Source of the DNA: Octopus vulgaris
Taxonomy: Eukaryota
Reading direction: 5' to 3'
Assembly (NCBI GenBank): GCA_951406725.2
Contig: OX597823.1
Coordinates: 9,548,001 to 9,612,000 of the forward strand
Length of the DNA stretch: 64,000 bases
Every line of letters starts with the position of its first letter. The stretch's first letter is position 1. Shown in pieces: positions 53,439 through 64,000 of the stretch. Made by a program: the position numbers and the translations under genes. The notes under the pieces are model-generated. The model was not told where the DNA came from, searched no databases, and worked only from the letters and a program-made list of their open reading frames with translations.

Positions 53439-53491
<53 letters not shown>

Positions 53492-53494
<3 letters not shown>

Positions 53495-53638
53495 AGATCA
53501 GTAGCCACTACACACTTTTTTTCTCTCCTTGTTTTTTACTGTGTCCCTTTCTGTAGAAGAGCGTAGGCTCGAAATGTAAAAGACTTTTTTTCAATTCCTG
53601 AACGTTATACTAATACATCTGTTTGTTTTGTGAACTCT

Positions 53639-53642
<4 letters not shown>
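53492..53642 (+). mobile_element. (TA)n-embedded element with hammerhead-like motif at 53547-53582
   Basis: CTTT-CTGTAGA-A-GAGC(GTAG)GCTC-GAAA-TG-TA-AAAG; second copy at 33.8 kb. Confidence 0.7.
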
Positions 53643-53687
<45 letters not shown>

Positions 53688-53763
53688 CTACACGCGTAGC
53701 CAGCGGGGTGGCGTAATTTGAAGGCTAAAACAATGCGAAACGCATTGTGACTAGCGATGTTTA

Positions 53764-53850
<87 letters not shown>

Positions 53851-54192
53851 ATATAAATGTATGTATATATATGTATATATAACTAAAATACTCATAGGGC
53901 CGGTCACCTTTCAAAAGACAACCGAAATATCCATTCTGATATTTCGACTTTCACCAACCATAAGCCTGAACTACAGAGACTACCCAAACTTACCTGGTGC
54001 ATACCTTTTTCAAGTACCTGATTCTCTCTGAATCCTCATCGTATTATATATAAATGCTGAGGTTATATATTTAAAATAATATATATATATTTGGAACGCC
54101 TACCCTAGGATTCGAAACAACTATGATGTTTGTTTGGAGTCCTACGCGCGTAGAAACTATCATATAAACCTGTCTGTATCCTTACCTTCATT

Positions 54193-54378
<186 letters not shown>

Positions 54379-54489
54379 ATATATATGGTGCGTCAGGTTT
54401 TTGAGGACGCCTCTTTCAAGAGCTAACTTTCTTCTAACATATTTCTTTTTACCTTAGTTTTCAGATGAATAACATTAAAAAGACTGACT

Positions 54490-55330
54490 CAGCAAATGAA
54501 ATGCCATGCTGTAATCATTGCCCGAAAGCACAATATAGGCACACAGAGATGCCTTGCTCCTTGGAAGTTGTCCAATATTCGAAAGGAGTTGGAAGCTGTT
54601 GGCGGTTATCCAGCATCAGCAACTAAATGCAAAACTCACGCACAGGGTTCTAATAATATCGGAACATATAACTTACAACAAAAAGGCAAAGGAATAATCG
54701 ATAAACCTTCGGAATGTCGGTCAGAACCATTACAAAAGAACTTCCATGTTTCAGAATGCATGTTTCAGAAGAGCTGTGCATGAAGACGTCCGGTACAATT
54801 CGTGTGTGATGCCGTACGGTCAGTTTATGTCGGATATGGGAAACGGAGAACTGTTCGAGCCGTGCAAAGTGCTTGCTAAACACTTTAAAACAACGAGGGG
54901 TTGGAATGCTTGGGTTATTCTCCGATGATAAGTCCCATCAAGCCAAAATGTAAACGGAAGGAACGACAGATGATTGTGTAGAGATCCGAATGAGTTCCCT
55001 ATGTTCCCAGCAACCGCGGTGGTACTTGGATCATGAGCGACGAGTGAGATACGTCTTCTTTTTTTATTTTCTGTCGATTTAGAAGTTTTAGAGAAAGGTG
55101 TAATGTCTACAAGAGAGAGAGAGAGAGAGGAGGATAGAGATGGAAAGAGAGAAAAAAGGGAGAGGAAGGCTGTAAGACTACAACGAGATTCTACAACGGC
55201 TCATAAGGCTTAAACAACCCATGTGTGAATGGGTGCTAATCTTACCATATTCTCCCAGATACATGGCCACCTAGTTCAGCAGACCTCACTCCACTGGACT
55301 CTTTCATATCGGGTATAGTCGAGAGAGAGA
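54490..55330 (+). pseudogene. Decayed Tc1/mariner transposase (probably DD37D/maT-like)
   Basis: Fragments SVRTI...LHVSE...RRAVHEDVRY.S......QFMS, FSD, QRDSTTAHKA and WPPSSADLTPLDSF; many frameshifts. Confidence 0.8.
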
Positions 55331-55599
55331 GAGAGAGAGAGAGAGATCAATCATCAACCCCATAACACGATATAATTTCTGAAGTTATACTAGTACTATG
55401 GCCAAAATTGATAATGTTCATCTGATTCGGGCAGGTCAATGCTATCGAGTCCATATTCAAGCAGTCATGAATGCTAAAACTAGATTCATTGAATATCTGT
55501 GATAAAAGGTTTCTCAAGATTATGTGTACCGATCCACTTTCAAACACAGAGTTTCTTTGATGAGCTACGCATCGTTTGCATTTAATTCTTAGAAATGAA

Positions 55600-55990
55600 A
55601 AGCTCGGCCGTAAGGCTTCATTTCCACACGCACCAGTTTAATTCAATTCATCCTTAGTCGATAGACACCTGCTGTTATGTCCTGTTATTATTTCTATTGT
55701 ATTTTTTATTGTATTTATATTTGTGTAACATTGTCCGTTTTTTTTTCGTCCTTGCTTTCTTCCAAGGAATCTAATATTCTTAGCTTAGTTTTTCCTTGGG
55801 CCTGACCAGTTTGGAGAAATCTCATGAATAATGAGACAAAATTGCGAGGATAATCTGGTGCTTGACTGAAGAAAGAAAACTTCGAATGACCCGTCCTTGA
55901 TTTCTTTGTATCGTCCACCTGGATGTTTTGTTCCTGTTTGTATCACCTAACTGTCCGGATGTTTAGCGTTCTTGTCCCATTTTGTATTTC
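55600..55990 (+). mobile_element. Unclassified repeat (partner of 44603-44985)
   Basis: In-window homology. Confidence 0.7.
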
Positions 55991-56001
55991 ATATGTATAT
56001 T

Positions 56002-56211
56002 ATGTGACCTCGTGAGTACCGCTGCAGATTTCTTTTTCCTATGTCTTCCCTTCTCGGGATCTTTCCTTCTCCTATGTTTCCGACGAAGAGCTCCGCTCGA
56101 AACGTTAGACCCTCCTTCTTCCCTTCTTTCCTGAGCGTCCAATAATACTTTATTTGTTCCACGTCCTCGCGTTGCTGTGTTTTTTGTGTTTTTGTGTTTT
56201 CTTGTTTAGAT

Positions 56212-56217
<6 letters not shown>
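56002..56217 (+). mobile_element. CCGACGA-hammerhead element (motif 56076-56110) ending in (TA)n
   Basis: Near-identical to 59938-60148. Confidence 0.82.
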
Positions 56218-56296
<79 letters not shown>

Positions 56297-57081
56297 GTTT
56301 GTGTACACGCGGGTGTGCTAACGGCAGTCTGTTATTGGGGTGAGAGACATATTTCATGTTTTCAAAACTATAGAATTTGCAAAGTTCACTCAATCCTTCT
56401 ACGTGTGTGTGTGTATGTGTGTATGTGTGTGTGTGTGTGCGCGCGTGTGTCTGTGTGTGCGCACGCGCACACTTGCAACGCAGTGTTAGGCATATCAAAG
56501 AACCTTGAAGGTTTTATTAAAGCATCACGTAATGCACATTAATACATTAACAAATTTTATTTTCCCAACGCCAGCAATCAAAACGTTCTCTAGTTGTCAC
56601 ACCACCGTACTTTGAAATTTTCGGGTTTTTTTCAAAATTTTATATATTTCCGCCCATCTTATGAACAGATCGAAATTATTTTGAATTGACTGTCATATAA
56701 AAATGGGTTTTTGCAATGCAAAAATAACCATTTATTGGATTACTGATAATCAAAACATGTTGCTTTAAAAATATATCAATTTAGGTTTAACATTTTTCAC
56801 TGAAGGAAAGTACAAAGCAAAGTGTGAAAAGGAATTATAAGTAGCGCAAGCCATCGTAATATAACGCTGTTTCTTTGATTTTAATTTTTATTCTGCTGGC
56901 CCCACAAACAAACAAACGACCCCGATGCATAAAATGTCCTACTTTATAAAACTACATTATAGGGCACAGGGCGAAGAAAAACATGTAAAGTCATTTAAAA
57001 AACCTGAACAGAGAATATAACTTTGCAGATTTGTGAAGGGTTATTCTATGTGATTTCGAATGCATTACCCAACATTACTTC

Positions 57082-57159
<78 letters not shown>

Positions 57160-57231
57160 ATGTGTATGAATATATATAAAGATGAATATATATGTATTAC
57201 TTTGGAGTGATCGTTATTTTTAATATTGTCA

Positions 57232-57264
<33 letters not shown>

Positions 57265-57459
57265 TATTTATACATATATATAAATGTACATCAAATGGAT
57301 GTGTTAAAATACTATTCCAGATATATAAAACCCAGCTACACTAACAATACAATAATACTAATATACAAAAACAGCCATACGAATCGTCCAACATACCGCC
57401 ATCATCAGCTGCCCCAGAGATATCATTATGGCTTCGACACCTGGGCAGTATCACCGGAT

Positions 57460-57756
57460 TAAAAGGCAAAGGAATAATCGATAAACCTTCGGAATGTCAG
57501 TCAGAACCATTACAAATGAATTCCATGTTTCAGAATGCGCCATTACAAGAGCTGTGCATGAAGACGTCCGCTACAATTCGTATGTGATGCCGTACGGTCA
57601 GTTTATGTCGGATCTCTACACAACCATCTGTCGCTCCTTCCGTTTACATTTTGGCTTGATGGGACTTATCATCGGAGAATAACCCAAGCATTCTAACCCC
57701 TCGTTGTTTCGTTGTTTTAAAGTGTTTAGCAAGCACTTTGCACGGCTCGAACAGTT
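57460..57756. pseudogene. Rearranged duplicate of the mariner-like fragment
   Basis: 57460-57613 matches 54681-54835 directly; 57608-57756 matches about 54848-54989 inverted. Confidence 0.85.
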
Positions 57757-57941
57757 TAATCCGGCAATGTCAATAGCACTAAAATAGATGGTGTTTGGGA
57801 ACAAACAAAACAAAGAAATCGCAACTTTCAAGCGCATGTACAAATGTATCGGTAAATGATTTCAGCAAGTAAATTACAACAGATTCCTAAATACGCAACT
57901 ATACAGCAAACAATCCGTTAAGTAATACAGATATGTACATA

Positions 57942-57999
<58 letters not shown>

Positions 58000-58000
<1 letters not shown>

Positions 58001-58383
58001 TAGCAGTATCGCCCGGCGTTGCTCAGGTTTGTAAGGGAAATAACTATAAAGCATTTTTAGAGAGTTATAGCCAAAAATTAGCAAAAAAATGGAAAAAAAT
58101 TATGGTAAATTTTTTTTGAGATTTAAAAATGGTGGAGTTGCGTCCCCTAGACAATTTGCGGTTTGTGTTTCTCATTCTCGACCCCATGTCGAATTTATCG
58201 ATTTTTTTCAGAACTGGGGGAACTTTTCAAAATTTTCGCTGCGTTAGTTTTGAATTATGACATTGGGCTATGTGTGTGTCAAGTTTCATCAGAATCGGTT
58301 GAAAGCCGTGGTCAGGGTGAGGGTACAAGCAAACAGACACACAGAAACACGCACAGACAAACTGCCGTTTATATATAGAGAGA
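58000..58383 (-). mobile_element. Non-autonomous Helitron
   Basis: Hairpin plus CTAG|T at 58000 with the same 3' end as the 26606 copy; A|TC start near 58383; different 5' body. Confidence 0.85.
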
Positions 58384-58627
58384 TATGTATATATAAATAC
58401 ATGCACACACACACATACACACACACTCACACACACACACACACACATATTGATAGAAATGGCAAGACAACAAACGAATGAAAGAGACGTCGATATGTAA
58501 ATAGAGGAATTTATCTGTAAATGTAATATGTGACAATTATTCAGTAGCCATGATAAAACTCGGAGTTTTATCATGACTACCGGATAGTTGTCACATATTA
58601 TACTTACACACACACACACACACACAC

Positions 58628-58703
<76 letters not shown>

Positions 58704-58762
58704 CACACATACATTTATCCATATATATATATATAAACATTCACATGTGCTTATATGTGTAC

Positions 58763-58920
<158 letters not shown>

Positions 58921-59937
58921 ATATACACGCACACACACACACACATAGACACACGCACACAAACTTAAGCCCACCCACACGTACGACCACACACAGAAAC
59001 ATAAACGCATATATATGCATAATTAAAAATGGTTGAAGCAATTATATGAAAATGATTTTAAAATCTGATCTGCGCGTGCATCTATCAATATCCGCCCAGA
59101 AATCCATTATGATATCTGCGTAAACAACATTATATCTTGCATTACGTACACGGCTGTGTCAGTAGGGTAAATGTAATTAACTTCACTTCGTGTATCTAAA
59201 TCTTTATTATTAAGTCTTCCTAATAAATTCCACAACGGCCCTCCATATTAAATCCAGTCGGAATCGAAAAGAGAGTGTATTAATTAGAACCTGATATGAA
59301 ATGAAATCCATACATTTTCTCGCTTGTGTAAATGCATACGTTGATATTTGTGTCAATAAATTTATATATATCTTTCAGTTTGTGTATATTGGTGTCTATT
59401 TTGCACGTATGTAAATTCCTGCGCACAGCGTCTCATGCGGAAACACATGCATGTATAGAGAGAAATGAAGGGGCGTAAGATTTGGAGCAGCCTAAACAGA
59501 ACCTTTATTACTGTGCGTTTTGTTTATCTTAAAAGCGAATGTTAAGTTCCAATAGAAAGATTACCGACAATCCGTTAACAAATACAAACTTTCAGCTGCA
59601 ATAAATCAAACATTTGCAAAGATATTTAAACATGATAAATCTAGAAAGTCAGATATCCTAGTACTTAATATTTTCAAATACAGCAAAGCCATCACCTACC
59701 CACCTACACACCACATTCAGTAACTTTACCCTCATTAGTGCGAATTTACAGTAAATTATTCCAAAATGCTAACAGGTGAACTTTAATCTGCCTCAATATA
59801 AAATGATGCTTAGATTCTTACCTCATTTGGATTCGTTATGCTTTACATTCTCTTTTATAAGGCATATGAACATATGGTCATCTATCTATATATATATATA
59901 TATATGTATATGACCATATGTTCACATGCCTTTCAAT

Positions 59938-60144
59938 ATGTGACCTCGTGAGTACCACTGGCAATATTTTTCCTCTATCTTCCCTTCTCGGGATCTTTCC
60001 TTCTCCTATGTTTCCGACGAAGAGCTCCGCTCGAAACGTTAAACCCTCCTTCTTCCCTTCTTTCCTGAGCGTCCAATAATACTTTATTTGTTCCACGTCC
60101 TCACGTTGTTGTTTTTTTTTGTTTTTGTGTTTTCTTGTTTGGAT

Positions 60145-60148
<4 letters not shown>
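59938..60148 (+). mobile_element. CCGACGA-hammerhead element (motif 60010-60044) ending in (TA)n
   Basis: GTTT-CCGACGA-A-GAGC(TCC)GCTC-GAAA-CG-TT-AAAC. Confidence 0.82.
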
Positions 60149-60192
<44 letters not shown>

Positions 60193-60860
60193 TACAATTA
60201 CAGGATCTTTTGGGGGATGTTCCTACTGTTATTTTTATTGTAGTTGTAAATAATGGACCCTATGTTCAGGAAAAACAACTCTAAGTAACTTTTGAGTGTA
60301 TTTCTATTGACGATTTTGCGCTATATACATGACTGAGGGAAGCGTTTATCTATAGAAGTTCAGGAATTTATTTTCCAGCCAAGTTCGTGGTTGTAGGGTA
60401 GGTTGTACCTTTAGATTTTCTTCTGTTTCCGTCTTTTTGGTAATATCTACATTTGGTTCAATATGTAATACTACTCTAATAACACACACACACACACCAC
60501 ACACTCACATATAAGCATATATATATATATATATATATGCTGAACTGTTGAATTGGACGGACGTCTATTTGTTTCTCTCCCAAGTCAGTAGCAAGCTACA
60601 CAGCTTCAAAACTTAACTGACCTTAAATATATATATATTTGTAACCACGTGTTTGCCTACAAACCCGTAAGTACGTTTTCATTTAACTACAAATTGTTAT
60701 ATACACCTGTTTTTCTTTTAATATCCTCAAACAACCAAATAATCAAAGACTCACACCCTTAAGAGAGAACATTTATATATATATACACTTCTTTAACTTC
60801 CAAGAAAGAATATATATATTTTCAAAAATCAAAAGGAAAACAAACAAAAGAAAAACAAAC

Positions 60861-62088
60861 ATGACTAACTTGCAGGCCTGCAACAGACGAAATTGGTCTG
60901 ATAACGAAATTGATGTTTTAATAAACACTTGGTTCTCTCTTTCCCAAACAGAAAATCTAAATGTTTTGTGTTTGAATGAGATTACCGAAAAAACATCACA
61001 AGTGGTCAACACACGATCCGTCAAACAGATTCATAGCAAACTGAAACATATCGAAGTATCTTTCAAACTGACAAAAGGCCATTATAAAAAGCTTCTTCAT
61101 ATTTTCACAGTTCAAGAACAGCAACAGCTAGAAAATCAGCAGCCACAACAACAACAACAACAGAATGAGCCACTACTGGTTCCCAGCACAATGGCTGACC
61201 CTAAAATCGGTCAAGCACAGCAACAACAACAACAGCCACAACAACAAGAACAACAACAGCCACTCCTCAACTCTAGCTTACTAGATAATTCACTAAATGC
61301 CAGTATCTTTTCACCGCTCTCACAGCAACCACCACAATTATCATCATCATCATCACCACCGCTGCCACCATCGTCTTCTATCACCAAAAATACCAACAAA
61401 AAACCAAATAAGAAACCACTGCCCTCTTCCCCCACATCACCACCTCAATACTACTGCAGTAACAAAAACTTAAAGAAACATAGGAAGCAGAATGCGCCCC
61501 CCACGGCACAAACAAGAAATCCCCAAATATGCCGCTATTCACTGCGCCAGAGACTCTGCACAAATAGTGACTGCATCTTCACGCATCTACCCGGCACTAG
61601 ACGCACTACCGGCCAAGGCCAAAGCACGCATCCCACAATAACATCAACACCACCAAATAGTAAATCGAAATTCAAAACACACAACACGGAGTCCCAAAAT
61701 CTGCCGGTATTCCCAACGTGAGAGAACATGTCTGCTGAGTGACTGTCCCTTCACTCATCTTCCAGGGACCCGACGCACAAACAGAAACGGGGCTTCAAGC
61801 CAACACACAAACCTGAATAACAATAAAAATAGAAACACACCATGCTGCAGTAATGCTGGTCCAGTCTTTTCAGGAAGACACAAAAACAACAACAACAAAA
61901 GTGGAAACTACAACCCTATCCAACAGTACAACCACACCTCCAGCCAAAAACTGCTCCCTAAGCAGGAAAATTCTTTTTTAGCCATGTTGAACATGGCAAA
62001 AGAGATACATAAAAACATTCTAGCCATCACTCAACCCCATCCTATGCTATTACCCCAGTGCACCAATTCCCCACATTGCTGCCACTAA
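60861..62088 (+). pseudogene. LINE ORF1: Myb/SANT-like N-terminus, Q/S/P-rich linker, two CCCH fingers (one frameshift)
   Basis: RRNWSDNEIDVLINTW; ICRYSLRQRLCTNSDCIFTHLPGTRRT, then in the next frame from 61699 ICRYSQRERTCLLSDCPFTHLPGTRRT, open to TAA at 62088. Confidence 0.75.
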
Positions 62089-64000
62089 CACACACAAAAA
62101 CTCCAAGCCACCTGCACCAGTCAAAACCAGCCACTACACTAACCTCCACATTCCTACTCAATGCACAAGGTGTCAGCCCTTCCATCAATGCACAAAAATG
62201 GAAGGTCCAATTCATTGAAGACTGGGTTGGTAACCATTCACACCACATCTCTTTCTTCATTCTCACTGAGACCCACCTTGACAACTCCCACTTGGAAGCC
62301 GAAGTGAGAATGAAGAATTTCACAACCATCCGCGCGGATCGTATCGGCAGGAGGAAGGGTGGAACTGCCATTTTCCTGCATGATTCATTTACGGCAGATG
62401 GAAATAGTATATTCTCCAACGGCTACTGTGAATCAGTCACCGTGCACAACAAAGCCAATGACCTGACAGTAATTGGGCTCTATAGGCCGCCCCAAACACC
62501 CATACTGTGCTTTAAAGAATGCCTCAACAGCATTAAGTGCTTTATTCGACAGTGCCATTCTAGCAACATACTCATGATAGGAGACTTCAATCTACCCTGT
62601 GTTGACTGGACTACAAACTGTTTGAAACCAAGCACTCCCGCCTCAACCGCTGACAAAGAAGCAGCAGAGTCACTTTTCGACTTTACGAATGAGTTTTTCT
62701 TGTCTCAACTTGTCCTTGCACCAACAAGACATCAGAACATTTTGGACCTAGTGTTTAGTAACCACACTAACACTATACATAACGTAACAGTGGAAAAAAC
62801 CCTTCTTTCAGACCATGACATGGTTCTCTGTAACATGAAATTCCACCAGCTGAAAGCTAATCCTAGTGACCTCCCTCCAGCCCACCCATTTGACAACATG
62901 GATCTCCATAATGCCAACTGGGATGCAATCAGGAACGAGCTATCACATGTTGACTGGTCCTTTACACATACACACATCTCCACCAACCATAAAACATCTT
63001 GGCAGATCTTTGTAGACACCGTCACAGACATATGTGCAAAACACTCCCCACCAAGACCTGTGAACAAAAAGTGCAGAATCCCCCAAAACAGAAAAACCAT
63101 TATCAGAAAAAGAAAAAGAACAAACAAAAAAATTAACAAACTAAAGTACTGCCAACAGCAACACACACATTCGACGGCTATCGCACTGCTTGAATACAAA
63201 AAATAGAACCTCCAACAATGCATGAAGACCCTCATCAATAACCAAAGATCAGCTGAGGAGAAGTGGGCCATTGAAAAAATCAAACTCAACCCCAAAGTGT
63301 TCTTTTCATTTGCGAGGAAACGCAGGGTCACTGTCTCCACTGTTGGCCCTCTAATTGACGAAACTGGCACTCTCCAAGATAATGCCAAATCCATGGCCGA
63401 GATACTGCAGAAACAATACTGCTCTGTTTTCAGCAATCCTGATATGGCCGATCTGGGCTGTATCAGTGATGTCAACCCCCAACACACTATATCGGACATA
63501 ACGTTTAGTGCCACTGATGTCTTAGCGGCGATAAACGAAATAAAACACAATTCAGCAGTAGGCCCCGATAGGTTCCCTGCTTGTGTCCTGAAGGTGTGTC
63601 GACACCAACTTGCATCTCCCCTTGCTAATCTGTGGAGAAACTCACTGGATGCTGGCTATATTCCAAAAACCTTCTGTCCCAGTCTGTTGTCCCAGTTTTC
63701 AAAAAGGGAAACAAGTCCCTTGCAGTGAACTACCGTCCGATCTCACTCACCTCTCATATCATCAAGGTATTTGAGAGGGTGGTGAGATCTCGAATAACCC
63801 AATTTCTGGAAAGCAACAGACGGCTGATCTCCAACCAACATGGGTTCCGTAATGGAAGGGACTGCCTAACGCAGCTCCTGCATCACTTTGATGACATTTT
63901 GAGAGCTTTGGGAGAGGGCTCCAACACCGATGTCATCTACCTTGATTTCAGTAAGGCCTTCGACAGGGTCGATCACAAGATCCTATTGAAAAAACTATCC
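62058..64000 (+). pseudogene. LINE ORF2: apurinic-like endonuclease plus reverse transcriptase
   Basis: NAQG, TETHL, GGTAIF, LYRPP, GDFNLP, LDLVF, SDH; stop at 63204-63206; frameshift in the A run near 63665; then VVPVFKKG, NYRPISLTS, QHGFR, YLDFSKAFDRVDH. Confidence 0.95.

Larger units (their letters stand above)
60539..64000 (+). mobile_element. CR1-group LINE, probably with its 5' end, running off the window
   Basis: Putative 5' UTR after (TA)n, then ORF1, APE endonuclease and RT. Confidence 0.9.

Noticed and set aside
53921-53947. Hairpin CGAAATATC-CATTCT-GATATTTCG as a ribozyme junction
   Set aside because: No acceptable core on either strand; too short to interpret
62732-63550. 272-aa antisense ORF
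   Set aside because: Shadow of LINE ORF2 on the opposite strand with no motifs of its own

Overview
AT-rich eukaryotic (animal) DNA that is almost entirely repeats. No host protein-coding gene can be supported, and most ORFs in the track are microsatellite translations. The SINE families and the density of (TA)n/(TAA)n/(TATC)n repeats suggest a coleoid cephalopod, probably Octopus (inference). Contents: one well-folded tRNA-Arg(TCG) fused to a retroposon tail; about 20 copies of three SINE families; R4/Dong-type LINE fragments in (TAA)n; an RTE fragment; a CR1-group LINE at the right end (ORF1 plus APE and RT, few lesions); five Helitron copies, one carrying a Pif1 helicase piece; a decayed Tc1/mariner (maT-like) transposase; and two Penelope-like GIY-YIG fragments. 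The main signal is a dense set of short non-coding elements, mostly lodged in microsatellites, carrying minimal type-I hammerhead ribozyme motifs from at least six sequence families. These include non-canonical cores (U3-A8 compensatory pair, U4C). They occur as partial tandems or head-to-head foldbacks whose apex often falls on the ribozyme. A second lead is an AUG-less LINE ORF2 preceded by an in-phase U_UUU_UUA slippery site. All coordinates were read by eye and may be off by a few bases.
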